A stretch of 64,000 nucleotides of DNA from Vicugna vicugna (Eukaryota). The stretch's first letter is position 1, and each line of letters opens with the position of its first letter. The stretch lies in the NCBI GenBank assembly GCA_013265495.1, contig MU061542.1, positions 92,972-156,971 of the forward strand, in the 5' to 3' direction. A program made the position numbers and the translations under genes. Positions 25,403 through 41,962 of the stretch are shown piece after piece. The notes under the pieces are model-generated. The model did not search any database, was not told where the DNA came from, and worked only from the letters and a program-made list of their open reading frames with translations.

Positions 25403-25749
25403 TGTTCTAATGGTTAAGTTTATTTGTCATTTTGGAGGGTTTTTTTAATATGATTAACATTTAAATTAGTGAACTTGGATTTGAATAGGCAGACTGCCAC
25501 CCCATGATACAGGTGGGCCTCATCCAATCAGTTGAAGGCCTTAATAGAACAAAGTATCCAGCATCTTAGAACAAGTGGGAATTCTCCAACAGACTGTTCA
25601 GGCTTCACCTGTTCTGATGAATGCAGGGCAAAAACTGAATCATTTGCTCCCCTGAGTCTCAAGCCTGCTGTCTCATACTGCGGAATTTGGACTTGGTATC
25701 CTCCACAATCATGTGAGCCAAGTCTTTGGATAAATCTCTTTATATATAT

Positions 25750-25797
<48 letters not shown>

Positions 25798-25869
25798 ATA
25801 TACACACACACACACACATACGTACATATACTATAGGTTCTGTTTTATTGTAAAACCGTGACTAATACA
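25403..25869 (+). mobile_element. MLT2-type ERVL LTR with internal (TA)n/(CA)n microsatellite (25741-25825)
   Basis: ggtgggcctcatccaatcagttgaaggccttaatagaaca, ccacaatcatgtgagcca, and terminal tgactaataca. Confidence 0.9.
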
Positions 25870-26679
25870 AATGTTTTTAAAATATATTATACTGTGAGAT
25901 ATAATAAATGATTTGGAAAAATAGATAACGATTCTGCTTGTTTCAATTATTTAGCAAAAAGTAAATCTAAGACAACATATTGAAAGCCTAGAAACTAAGT
26001 GTGATTGACTTTAGAAGAATTCATGAACCATATATTAAAATGACACTTCATTTGTTACCTAAAATAAAGCAACTGGCCTGTTTTGATAACCCCTTTGTTT
26101 TCAAGCAGCTAGTGGAGAGAAAAATGCATACTTGCATCTTCTGTAAGTGACTAAAGTAACCTCGGAAAACCAAAAAGATCTTAAAAAATAATGAAATAAA
26201 AATGTTTAAAATGAATAACTCACTAATTTACTAAATTTTAAACATTTGTTTTTCTAATTTTTTTCTCCTTGGCATTTCAAAGAGCAAATATCTACATAAC
26301 TTGCATTTTTAATTGATAATTTGCTTATGTGGCTATAGGTGTGATAAAATGTATTAGGATGAAATAGTGTTGAGATACAGACTGTCAGTCACAGTCAAGA
26401 GAACCAACTGGGGGGCTTTGAAATTGTGAAACAGAATTGATGTATACAGAATTTTACAAATTGATGCCAAACAAAATTCTGACATTTTCTGGAGAAATAA
26501 GATATTGATTATCAAAGGTCAGTATTCAAATTTGACTTGAGTAGATCTTTAACATAATTATGGACTGATTTTTTCCCTGGCAATCTTTAGGCATTGAGAT
26601 GCTTTACATCAGTGCTCAGGTATTATAATCCCAATATAAGGCTTCATGGTCACTTATCATCAAAACATAGAGTATTGTG

Positions 26680-29770
<3,091 letters not shown>

Positions 29771-30227
29771 TAAGTGTAACTGTTTTGAAAGTGTAGAGTG
29801 AATTGGTAATATGAATATGCCTTTATGAAATTGTATATAATGATTTTTTTATTAATGACTTTACTCAGTTACATAGTCATTTCATTGTATCTGATTGTCC
29901 TCACCAAAATTTAAATTTGAATATCAGTTTTGATAATATTTTGTCCATACATCCTATTAGCTTTTTCAGTGTATCAGTTTCTGGGAAGACTCTTGTTGCT
30001 CATAACTTTAAATAATTACTCACAAATGTCCTTGACACTTTTTATTTGAAAAAAGAGAGAGAGAAATAAAGTAAGGAGTTTGATGATATTTCTGGTAATC
30101 TCTTTTAACAAACATTTTTATTCCACTGCAGTTCTTACAAGGTAATATAACAAACACTGAAATGTTGTTTGGAAAAAAATAATGTGACAATATAATATAA
30201 TCAATTTATATTTTAAATATTGAGACA

Positions 30228-30684
30228 ATACTTTGGACTTAGACTTCAAATTTGATGCTGTAACAAGTCTTTTGGTGTTATTTGGATGTATTTTTCATGT
30301 AGAAGACAAATGAATTTTTGGGAAAGGCAGAGGCAGAAATGTATAGAAATGTTTGTGCCCCTCAAATTTCATATATTGAAACCTAATTCTCTATATGATG
30401 GTATTTGGAGTTGGGGGCCTTTGGAATAATTAGATCATGACAGTCAAGTCCTCATGAATGAGAATAATGCCCTTATAAAAGACTCCAGAGAGTCCTCTTG
30501 CGTTTTTTTGCCATGTAAAGACACAGTGAGAAGATGGCTGATTATGAACTCACCAAACACTGAATCTGCTGGAGTCTTGACCTTAGATTTCCCAGGCTCC
30601 AGACTATGAAAAATAAATTATACTGTTTATAAGCCACCAAATCTATGGTCTTCTGTTATAGCACCCTGAACTGACTAAAATACA
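30228..30684 (+). mobile_element. MaLR: short internal 3' end plus MLT1A-like 3' LTR (from about 30340)
   Basis: Purine-rich ggaaaggcagaggcagaaa just before TG. LTR motifs tgtttgtgcccctcaaatttcata, gcccttataaaagactccagagag, aatctgctgg...ttgaccttag, tgttatagca and gactaa..aca. Confidence 0.88.
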
Positions 30685-31244
30685 ATTACTATAACATTTT
30701 TAAAGCTATAATGAATTACAATTCCCCAGCTATCCGTTAGACTGAGAGTTCCTCAGTGTCAAAGGCATACAAACTGTATGAACCTACATACAAAGCAAAT
30801 ATTTAAGAAATATGTTTATAGATGATCAGGAAATTATGTTTAAGTACTTATATCCTAAGGTGAGAGCATGTTACTTATATATAGGTGGTTTACTGCAATT
30901 TAATTTTATTATAAGAAATTTGATGGGATTAACAGTTAAGTCATAAAGCATTTCACTTTTCCTATGTAAATGAGAAATAGACTCCTATTGCTCTGACTTT
31001 TGACAGAAAATCCTTTATCTTAAATATGTATTTTTCCACTACTTGAATCTTTGTGATTGGCTATTTATATAATTATTTTCTTTGTACCAGAGTTTCTAAA
31101 TGCCTCTAATATTTTCAAAAAGTAAAATTTCCATCAAAAAAGTGAAGTGTATATTGTTCATAAAGAAAGAAAAATTTTTTTTGTTCCATTATTTTTGCTA
31201 ATTAATTCCAGGCAATGTTTTATGTGATGATACTTAGTGGTGGA

Positions 31245-31722
31245 TTGATAATAGCCAAGACAGTTTTACTATTCCTTCAGCTTAAGTAACCTTAGACAGG
31301 TTTCTTCCTGACTATGAATCTCTGATCTTGCTTTACTTAAAAACTTATAACTGCAAATCCTTTCTCTTCTTTGAGATGTAAATCATAGACAAGCCATGCA
31401 TATCTTTCTTAAGAACTTAGGAGCCATCCTTTTGAAATGTTATCATCAAAGAAGATATCACCCCTATTTCACAGCCTCTGTGGGAAGATAGGAGCCTAAC
31501 TTTAATAAGCAGCATTTAGCAAACCTGATGGACTAACCACATTCACCAACTATCTCCATAATATTCTCCAGTACTTTTTCACTAGTTCACCCCAGTGCTG
31601 AAGAACTCTGCCGCCCTCTGTTTCAAAGGAGTTTAGTTCAATCTGTCACTTCTATTGCAATACTCTTAAATAAAATATTCTTTATTATTTTTACAAGTGT
31701 CCATTACAAATTTTTCCATGGT
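31245..31722 (+). mobile_element. MER67/MER31-like ERV1 LTR
   Basis: ttagacaggtttcttcctgactat, ctttgagatgtaaatc, ggagccatcc.tttgaaatgt, ctctgtgggaagataggagcctaact, and ctattgcaata...aataaa. Confidence 0.75.
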
Positions 31723-34700
31723 AAGGTGGTACAAGGCCTGCTCATTTATTCACCTTTTAAAAATTAATAATTAAAAAATTGAAAATAAACCTATGTTTAA
31801 CAAAAGCAAACACTGGATAAAAATTGCCCTCCCTTTGTGTTTAGTCCCTGGGAAATATATTTCTGTCTTGTTTTGCTTCTCTTTCTAAACTCAATTACAT
31901 TTTCTCTAGTATGTGATCTTGTCAATACAATTACTAGTTTGTGGTCATTTAATTTGTAAAATCTGTGATTTAGATAAACAATATGACAAGTTCTTTAAAA
32001 AAGTTCAAGAGCAAATTTATTTCTAGAAAATCCAGTGAGTGAAGCTAACTATTTTTGGCAAAATAGAAAAATATGCACATTGTATTACTAACTGAAATCT
32101 TTTTACTCCTCTCTCAAAATACCCAGTAGAGTAATCTCCCTATGAATTTTAAGAGACACAGAAAACAGAACTTTCCACTGTGATCATGGCATGTCCTTAA
32201 CATTTCCACTTGTTCCTCTCTACTTCTCTTGATGAAATCCAAATTACCCAAACAATGGCTGGTAATCAGCAATAACAATTTCTTCATCTTTGTGAAATTT
32301 GTATGACCCTTCTTTCCAAGTAACAAACTATAAATTATTCTTCCTTTCTTTAACAAGTTAAAATGCTCTTTAAGAGCCTTCTTCTGTAGGTTATTGTTGA
32401 ATAAAAGCTTATACTGATAATATTTTACTTGATTTTATTCTACAACAGGCACTTTCATGCCTTAAATCATATTTTTCAATTTTTGTATATTAATATCTAC
32501 ATACTATACATATATACAGAATATATATATTATATTGTATGTATTATATAAAATATAAATATGATGTTATTCTGTTATACATACATATATATAAAACATT
32601 GAAGTGTAAACATTTTTACACTTTCACACATAAAGAAATATTGTAGAATAAATTATTCTCAAATATTATTTTTGACACTAATTCTATTCAGATAAATTTG
32701 AAAAAAATGCTACAGACTCAAGCCAGGAGCATAAGCACTGCCACATTACAGCACATGTTAAGTATGACACAATTTTTGTGTTACAGAGGTTTCAGCTGAA
32801 GACAATATGGAGCCCAGGACATAAATAACTAGATAGAATCAGCTCAGGATTGAAAATGCTCCAGGATTTAACCCACTCCATCATCAAAGCAAAGCTCTGA
32901 ACAAGGCAATTCTTAGGGATTCATCATTTATGGTAGTCTATTAAAAGCTCTGATAAATTCCAGCTCAAACTGTTCAATTCTTTTTTGCTATTGTTATTTG
33001 GTTGACTGTTTTTTTGTTTGTTTGTTTGTTTTTAATTTTAGCCAAGGATTAAAATGTGTTTTGTTTTTGTTTTTAATAATATTTATTCTGAGAAAGTATT
33101 TTGGAAAATGATATTCAAATAATTTGAGGGAAATGATCTTTTATATAAGTTATAATCTTTGTTTACAAAAATGAGGAAAAGGAAATATAAATAAGAATTC
33201 ATGAAATAGCTTCAAATTTAGGAAAATATTTCTTAATTTTAAAAGCTGATAACAACTCAAACATACATAGGGTTCAGGGTCAACTGTACCAAGTTTAATC
33301 ACAGTAAAGCCACAGCTGTTGAAAAAGGCCATTTTCTTTATAATATTCCACTATTTTCTTCTATTTTGTAATACTGTGTTTTCTTTTCCCTAATACAATC
33401 TTCTTATATCTTTTCACAATTACCCATGCATTTCAGATATATGTAGTTGATAAAATGTATATTTGTGAGCTGGTTAATATTTTTCACTGTCTGGGGAAAA
33501 CATTATTATTTATTTATAGTATTTGTTATTATAATTTGCATATTTTAAAATAAATATATAATCACTATGTGGAAGTATTTAATTATTATTTAAATGTATA
33601 AAATGTTATTAGTATGATTATTTTTAAATTACTGTTTTTGGTACTAAAAATAATTAGCAAAAATTCACAAACATTACCTGTATTACAAGATTTCCTGGAG
33701 TTCAGCCAAATAAATCCTTTTGATTGAGCTTAAATGGAGAATATTTTTTAGTGCCTTAAATAATGCTTAAAATGTTCACAGTACTGCTAAGAATGCCACA
33801 GAAATAATACATAAAATAGTGACTTGCTTTAACAGAACACTTTCAAGTGGAATAAGATTTTAAAATGGAGTATAGCTAGAGTAGTTATTAAAAGACATTG
33901 AAGCAAAACCAAATAGGAAGAATTTATGCTCTTGAGTGGGTTGCTAAAATCCTTTCAGTCGTGTTGAAGCAAGATTGAGTCTGTGCTTTTCCAGTTTAGT
34001 GTGTCAGGTAAAACATAGCAGGGGGTGAAATGAATTCATCTTTCTGTCGTCAAGTAAACTAAAAGCAATTTTTGTCTTCCCATGTGGTCACTTGAGGTGC
34101 TTGTCATGTTCAAGCTAATGATATCAGGCACCCTCAGGTTGTTTAAGTATTCATGAAGTAATTAAATTCTCATTAACATATAAATAAAAGAAAACTGAAA
34201 ACAAGTTTAGCAGGCACCTAACATCTGTTCTAATGCTTTTAAGTATTAAAATGTGCCACACACAGAAGGAAAAGTACATTCTGTTCTGGGAAGTATTTTG
34301 CATAGATTATTTATAGAAACTGTAATTAAACCGATTTGGCATATTAAAAAATGTTAACAGCAGAGCATTATTTAGATAGTTTGTTGGTCTCTGTCACCTA
34401 AATAAGGAAATAAAAATAGAAAAGGGAACAGTAAAAATCAGATTTGGTTTTGTTTACATCTCAGATAAAATTATAAGAATAATTGAAATTTAATTTTATT
34501 CTGAAATAAGATGGTTAAGTTTCAATCTACCCATGTATACATCTAATTTTCCAGCTGCAACCAAAAGCACTTTTCACTGTAAAATATAAAATGGCTTGAG
34601 TGCTGGTCCAAACATTTCACTTAAACACATAAATTAACCTTATTCACATACATAGATGATTTCATCATTAGTGCTTTTGCATATAAATTTATCAAATGGC

Positions 34701-34963
34701 AAAGTGGAATGTATTAAAGACTATCTTGTTTATCATTATTAACTATCCCATTTCATTTTTTCCAGTTTCCTAGATTATTTTTTGCTATGTTTTATATTTT
34801 TATAATTACAAATTTTCCAAATGTTTTGCTATTTCCCAATATCCCCATTCAAATATGTCATCCAACTAAAATAAATTCACTTATCTTTCCTAGGGTTGTT
34901 AAAATCTTTACGTATAAAAATAAGGAGGCCACAAAATCAAAATATTGTAAACAAAGTGGAAAT

Positions 34964-36055
34964 TGTAGTTGGAAAAGTAATTTTCCCTATACTTTTCTGA
35001 GGTATTTTGGCAAGACTTTCTTGTCACAGAAAGAATTCAGAAACAAGACAAGGAGGTCAAGAAAGCAAAGCAAGTGTTTATTAAGGGTTAGCTAGTACAC
35101 AGTCAAGGGAAGAGCAAGCAGACCCAGAAGGGTAGCTGCCCTGAGTTTCCTTGGAGTGCATTATATGGGTGTAAAAAGGAATGGGCAGAATACTCATTGG
35201 CAAGGAGGGGTTTGGTGTTGTCTTTCTTGATCTTCATCCCAGCTCCACCTTTCCAGGTAGAGAGGAAGGATGTTTTTGTCCTTATTCAGTCACAATCCGG
35301 AATTTGGATGAGGTCATAATGAACAAAAGGCTACATTCAAATGGGAGTGTCATAAGCAAAGGTTACATTGGGACAGAGGTCATAATGATTGAAAGATTAC
35401 ATTCAGATGGTGGGGATTCTTGTCTTATCCCACCCTTCTGCCTTCAGGACGCTTATCAACCCAGAAGGTATGGTTATCAGTTCAGAGGATCTTGTTTTCC
35501 TTGGTCTATCCAAGGATCCTCATTTTTCATAAGTTATATGGTTTTCTGCCATTTAGCCCATGACCCCTTTATCTGTTCATATCTAGCTGCCATCTTGCTC
35601 TAAGAGTATAATATTCAACCTCTAAATCCAAATTAACAGCAGAAAAACAAACACAAGTTCATTAATATATATACCTCATGTATACATTAGAGATACCTGG
35701 TAAAAATAATATCTTTTAGAGATGGCTTAGAACCCTGGCTAATATGCCATCTTCAGCTAAAGGCAAAAAAGTGTGGAGGTGACCAGAAAAAGCAGTAAAT
35801 AAGAGTAAGATTTTATGTAGATTTAAATCAGCACCTTTTCTATTGATAAAGGTCTAAAATTGTCTCCAGGGATTAACACTTGTCCTTCCTGGTAGAGAAA
35901 GGAAGAGGGACACTTTTGTAAATGTATGTCCTTTTAGGCAAATAGGTGAGATATAAGAGTTTTCCTTATATCTGCTTCTTCTCAGTTGTCTTCAGCTCAA
36001 AACAATTCTTATGCCAAAATGATATATTTGTGATGACATATTCTGCTACCCTTGA
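34964..36055 (-). mobile_element. MER34/MER39-like ERV1 LTR interrupted by a younger LTR
   Basis: Left end tgtag...aaaagtaattttccctatac. Resumes after the insert with attaacagcagaaaaacaaac. Right end ttcagctcaaaacaattcttatgccaaaatgatatatttg...atattctgctacccttga. Confidence 0.75.
35017..35605 (-). mobile_element. LTR of the same family as 8384-9037, nested in the MER34-like LTR
   Basis: Shares collinear blocks with the 8.4-kb LTR: agctgccctgagtttc, gaatgggcagaata, ttcatccca, tttgtccttatt, catatctagctgcc and ttgctctaa. Confidence 0.88.
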
Positions 36056-36841
36056 AAATACTGTCACTATTTATTAACTTCAAATTCAATCTAATATTAT
36101 TTCCTAATTTTCCATTTAAACTTTACATTTTGAGGGTCATTTTCAAGAATTTGGTATATGATTGAGGTATATACACCAGATATTTTGATACAATTAGTGT
36201 AAGTCTAAGAAGAAAACAAATAAATCAAAACAAACAAATAAAAATTCATGGACCAAACTTTAAAGACTTTCAGACCATTCTTAAAATTCTTTTTTCTCTT
36301 TTTTAATAGAGAAAGCTTATCTATATTCAAGCCTTTAAAATAGATTGAATATGTTTAGATAAAATTTTAAGGAATGGGAGAGGTTAATGCTATTTCTAGT
36401 ATCTTTATGTATATAAAAATTATTATAGTTAAATAATTTCTATTAAACTAAAAAAGCCAGGATATTGTGTGAAATTTTAAAATCTCACTATGAACTATTG
36501 CAGATCCAGTTTTCAATGAAAATTTAATTCTCTTCTTTCAAGTAATTTTTGTTCACTTCGAAAGTCTTTAGAATCTAGTGTCTTGGAAGAATATAAGATT
36601 AATAGAGCTTTAAAATTGTCAATTTAAACTATTTCATTTGCCATAAAAAAAGAGAAACATTTTAAGTGGATTTACTATGCAACCCCATCCTTTATTTTTG
36701 ATCAGAACTACTATTCATGACCCAGGAAAAACTATCACCTCTTCCTTTAAAAGCTTCTGATTTATTTCTAGCAAACATTGATCAAAATTTTCAAAAATAT
36801 TGATTTCATTCATTTAAGGAATATGTCATTAATTCTTCATA

Positions 36842-37281
36842 CAATGTGAGTTTTCTAGGCTGCAATAACAAATTATGTACAAACTTAGTGGCTAAAAGCA
36901 ACAGAAATGCATTTTCTCACAGTTTTGGAAGCCAGAACTTGGAAATCAAAGTGCCTGAAAGATATTATTCTCTTGGAGGAATCTAGGGGAGAATACTTCC
37001 AGCTTTTGGTGGCTTCAGGGTTTCCCTGTATTGTGATTTCATCACTGCAGGCTTTGCCTTTGTTTTCATGCGGACTTTTCTGCTTTTTTTCTGAGTCCTT
37101 TTTTCTTAGAATGACATTTGCCATTGAAAAGAAGGTCAACCCAGTTAATTCAGGATGTCGTCATATCAAGTCCTCCACTCAAATTCATCCAAAGACCCAT
37201 TTCTTAAATAAGTTTACATTTCGCTGGTATTGTGGATTAGAACTTGGGCATATCTTTTGGGGCCAAAATTCAAGCCACTGT
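36842..37281 (-). mobile_element. MLT1C/D-like MaLR LTR
   Basis: tttctaggctgcaataacaaatta...aaacttagtggct.aaa.caacagaaatg...ctcacagtt.tggaagccagaa, gaatctaggggagaat, and catatcttttggggcc. Confidence 0.85.
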
Positions 37282-37454
37282 GCATGCTTGCTAGATTACA
37301 TCTCTACGTTTCACAACACTTTCTGAGTTTTATGAAGATGAAAATTGTTTAAGGTTGTTTCATTGACAATGCCTATGCCCTTTACCCTGTGTAGCTTATC
37401 ATGATTCTTTCCACACAGAATTAATTTATTAAAAATTTTGAATTTAAACATTCA

Positions 37455-37890
37455 CTAAAATGATTACCTTTTTCCATCCCTTCACTTTCATTCTACATGT
37501 GCCCTTGCATCCAAAGTGAGTATCTTGAAGGTAGCACATAAATCGGACTTTAAAGTAAAAATCCATTCAGCCACTCCATCTTTTTTGATTGGAGAACTTA
37601 GTCAATTTAAATTTAAACTGATTATTGATAGGTATACACTTATTGCTATTTTGTTAACTATTTTCTGGCTCTTTGGGGAATTCCACTGGGTTTCTTTCTA
37701 CTCTTGATCTCTTCCTTTGTGGTTTGATGACTTCCTTTAGTGGTATACTTATATTCCTTTCTCTTTCCCTTGTATGTATTTACTACAGGTTTTTGCTCTT
37801 TGATTACTGTGAGTCTTACATATAACAACATATCTATAACAATATATTTCAGGTTGATAACAACTTAAGTTTCATCCTATTTTAAAGCTC
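37455..37890 (-). mobile_element. L1 ORF1-end/ORF2-start segment, inverted relative to the adjacent L1
   Basis: Antisense endonuclease start (tttttccatcccttcacttt; atccattcagccactc; tttgattggaga; attattgatagg), followed by inter-ORF sequence. Confidence 0.8.
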
Positions 37891-37899
37891 TAAAGAGGA

Positions 37900-40186
37900 G
37901 GGAATTATTCCAAATTTTCAAGAGAAAGTATATAGGCCAATATCCTCAACAATACATATGTAAAAATCCTCAACAAAACATTAGCAAACTGAATCTAACA
38001 ATACATTAAAAGGATTATACATCATTATCAGGTGAGATTTTCTTGCAGGGATGCAATGTTCATTTAACATCAGGAAATCAGTCAGGGTGATACACCTCAT
38101 TGACAAAATAAAGGATAAAATCATATGATTATCTCAGTAGATGCAGAAAAATAATATGACAAGATTCTACATCAATTTATGATAGAAATTTAAAACAACT
38201 TGGGTGCAGAGGGAACACACCTCAACATAAAAAGAGACATATATGAAAAGGCTGCAGCTAACCTCATATGCAGTGGGATAATCTGAAAGTACTTCCTGTA
38301 ATATCAGGAGCAGGACAAAGATGCCTACCCTTGAAGTAAAATGTTCACTGTTTGCAGATGACATGATACTATATCATCTATTTATCTATCTATCTATCTA
38401 TCTACCTATCTATTTAGACATATATATTTAAAATTGGAAAGACTTTATTAACAAAAACTTGTAACCAGAAAAATTAATAAAGTTGCAGGATGCAAAATCA
38501 ATACAAAAAAATCTATTGCATTTCTATCACAGTACCAATAGAAAGAGAAACAAAAAAATGCAAAAGGCAATCTCATTTACAATTGCATTTATTCCTAGGA
38601 ATAAATTTATCCAAGGAGGTGAAAGATTTGTATATTGAAAACTAGAAGATATTAATGAAATAAATTGAAGACACAAATAAATACAAAAAAGTTTTGTGCT
38701 CATGGATTGGAAGAATCAATATTGTTGAAATGGCCATACTAGCCAAGACATTCTACAGATTCATTGCAATTCTTATCCAAATCCCAATGCCATTTTTCAC
38801 AGAAATACAACAAATAATCCTAAAAGTTTTATGGAACCACAAAAGACCACTAAGAGAAGAACAAAGCTGGACGCATTATGTGCTCTGGTTTCAAATTACA
38901 TTGCAAAACCTGCAGTAATTCAAACAGTATGGTATTGATATAAAAACAAACACATAGATCAATGCAACAGAATAGAGAGTCCAGAAATAAACCCATGCTT
39001 TTAAGTCAATTAATTTATCACGAAAGAACAAAAATTGTATAATAGGAAAAGGACAGTCTCTTCAATAAGTGATGTTGGAAGAACTGGACAATCTCACACA
39101 ATAAATGAAACTTGACTGCTATCTTATAACATACACAAAAATTAACTCAAAACAGATTAAAGCATGAATGTAAGACCTGAATCCATACAAACTCTTAGAA
39201 GAAAACTTACGTAGTAAGCTCCTTGACATATGTCTTGGTGATGATTTTTTGACCCTGATACCAAAAGCAAAAGCAACAAAAGTAAAAATAAGTAAGTGGG
39301 GCTACATCATACTAAAAAACTTATGCACAGCAAAGGAAACCACAAATGAAATTAAAAGGCAATCTACTAAATGGGAGAAATTGTTTACAAATTGTATATC
39401 AAATAAGAGACTGATACTAAAATTACATAAAGAATTCATATAGCTCAACAGCAAAGGAACAATCTGATTAAAAATTTGGCAGAACATCTGAATAGACATT
39501 TTTACAAAGAAAACATACAGGTGGCCTAGAGGTACATGAAAAGATGCCTAACATCACTACATTACTAATTGTCAGGGAAATGCAAATCAAAACCACAATG
39601 AAATACCTCCTCATGCATGGCAGCACGTCTGTTATCAAAAAGACAATGTATAAAAAATGTTGGCAAAGATGTGGAGAAAAGGGAAAACTTGTGCATTGCT
39701 GTGGGAGTGTTAATTGGTGTAGCCACTATGGAAAACAGTATGAAGTTTCTTCAGAAAATGAAAAATAGAATTACCATAATATCCAGCAATGTACTTTTGA
39801 GCATTTATCCACAGAAAATAAAAACGCTAATTTAAATACATATACACCCATATGTCCATCACTGCATTATTTACAATATCCAAGATATGGAATCAACCTA
39901 AGTGTCCAAAGATGGGATTGGATAAAGAAGTTGAAGAGTGTACGTAAAATGAAATATTCAACCATACAAAATAAGGAAATTCTACCATTTGCAGCAAAGG
40001 AATAGACTTTTAGGGCAGTCTGAGAGAAATACGTCAGAAAAAGAAAGACAAATATTGCATAATCTCTCATATATGAAATTTAAATAAACAACAATAACAA
40101 ATAAAGCTCCTATATATAGAAGACAGATTATCAGTAGTTGCCAGAGGCAGGGGATGTGGTTGAAGAAATGAGTGAATAGAGTACAA
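37900..40186 (+). mobile_element. L1MA9/10-like LINE: ORF2 RT to partial 3' UTR
   Basis: YRPIS-like motif, [28 protein letters not shown] and [11 protein letters not shown]. The 3' UTR stops at gagtacaaa. (TATC)n at about 38375-38412. Confidence 0.93.
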
Positions 40187-40419
40187 ATTTATTAAAAATT
40201 TAAAAACAGTAATTTTTTTAAATTTAAAAAGTCATTTTAATTTCTGTCACATATATTTAAGTAACGTGATGTTACTTCTGACAAATAAATAATCATTTAA
40301 TCTTTTTATCAGTCACTATTCTTTAACCCAACATCTTGTGTCTCAAGTTTGACCTATTGTGGGGCAAGCAGTACAAACTTGGACTTGGTAACAAGTGGCC
40401 CAGTAAAAGGACTATGACA

Positions 40420-41150
40420 ATAACCTACCTTGGAATGATGGCTTAACTAGACAGTAGTGGGAGACAGATGAAAAGCTGTCAGATATTGGATATGTTTTGA
40501 AGATGAAGCCAATGTTATTTGGGACACAAAAAAGAGAGGAGTGAGGGTCCAGTACAGGACACTTTTTTCCCTGAGATCTGAAGAATGAAGTAATCACTTA
40601 CTGAGATTAAGACTATGAGTGGAGCAACATTTAGGGTCAATTTTGAATGTGTTGCATTTGGAATGTTTCTTATCCAAACAAGCACACCAGTCAAGTAGGC
40701 AGTAGAATATATAGGATTATTTCAGAGGCTAGTTTCATACCAGTGATATAAAACTTAAAAGGTAGCAGAAAATTAATGGCATTTAAGGCCATTAGACTAA
40801 CTCACAAAGTGAATATAGATAGAGGAAAGAAGAGACTCAAGGGCTGAGCCACTGAGCACACCAAAATGTTAAGCTCAAAGAGATGAAGAGAAATTGTCCA
40901 TGATTTCAGAAGACTGTGGTTTCCAGAAAACCACTTGAAAAAGGGCTTTCAGGCAAAAGGAAATAGCACTGACTGTCAAAAGTCAAACAAGATGAGGACT
41001 GAAAATATACTATGAAATTTTGCAACATGGAGCTCATTGGTGATTTTGATTAGAAAAGCTCTGTAGAAAGGGGTGTGGGTTAATGACTGATTGATTGGGA
41101 TAAGAGAAAATGTCAAGCGAGTAATTTGAAAGAGGAAATGAATATAGATA
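40420..41150 (-). mobile_element. L2 LINE fragment
   Basis: Antisense L2 motifs: gatattggatatgttttgaagatgaagcc, gtcaagtaggcagt, gggctgagcc, aagatgaggactgaaaa and gcaacatggagctcattggtga. Confidence 0.8.
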
Positions 41151-41725
41151 ACTGGGGATTAGGCTTTAAAAAATGAATAAATTAATGTATATCTCATGTT
41201 AGTGTTAACCATGTAATCTGCTTAGATAAGTACTTAGACCATAGTAAATATTTGTTGGCTGTCTGAGCATATTAATTGATATAAATAAAGGTCAAAAGCT
41301 AAGCCTATCAGAATAAATCCCTGTTAGCCTCTGTTTTAAGACCTAAAGTACCAGGCCAAAAATGATCATGCTTCCTAGTTGGAAATGATAAACTTCAAAA
41401 ATACTGACTTGGATATTTATTTATTCTTTCTTATGCCCACAACTACCTTCTAAGAACACACTAATTATATTTCTTAGACTCCTGTGCAAATTGTCTTTCT
41501 ATTAATTTCTACTAGTGGCAGTTATAGGTAGGACATTAGAAGGTGAGGCTGTTGGTGACAGTAGCTAGAAGTTACTGCATGACCGTACTATTTATGCAAA
41601 TATAACTAGTCCTAATAGAGGCAGGTGAAACACTTTGGCAATTCCAGTTTTGATGGTGGTGATTCAACCGATCACCTGAGTGGTGTCCCAGCACAACCAA
41701 CAGCAGCTGTGCCTTCAGCAGCAGG

Positions 41726-41780
<55 letters not shown>

Positions 41781-41820
41781 CAGAGAGAGACACAGACAGA
41801 GACAGGAGAGCGAGAGAGAC
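41726..41820. repeat. Compound (TA)n(GA)n microsatellite
   Basis: Seen directly. Confidence 0.95.
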
Positions 41821-41924
41821 ACGCTTACTGACTCAAGACTATGACTGGAAGCAGTTTGTTTTTTGTTCTTTTTTTTAAATTTTGGCTTGTAATCTATTTC
41901 TCCTTTTTACTCTGAATGATTGCC

Positions 41925-41962
41925 TTTTCTTTTTTCTTTTCTTTTCTTTTTCTTTTCTTCTC
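41925..41962. repeat. (TTTTC)n repeat
   Basis: Seen directly. Confidence 0.9.

Noticed and set aside
25528..25861. Overlapping 99-aa and 109-aa ORFs
   Set aside because: MLT2 LTR plus dinucleotide repeat; no protein signature.
35181..35603. 140-aa ORF with a repeated EVIM..RLHS.G motif
   Set aside because: It lies wholly within an LTR on its antisense strand, and the peptide repeat simply reflects the U3 DNA repeat.
36907..37326. 139-aa ORF
   Set aside because: It coincides with an MLT1 LTR, which is noncoding.
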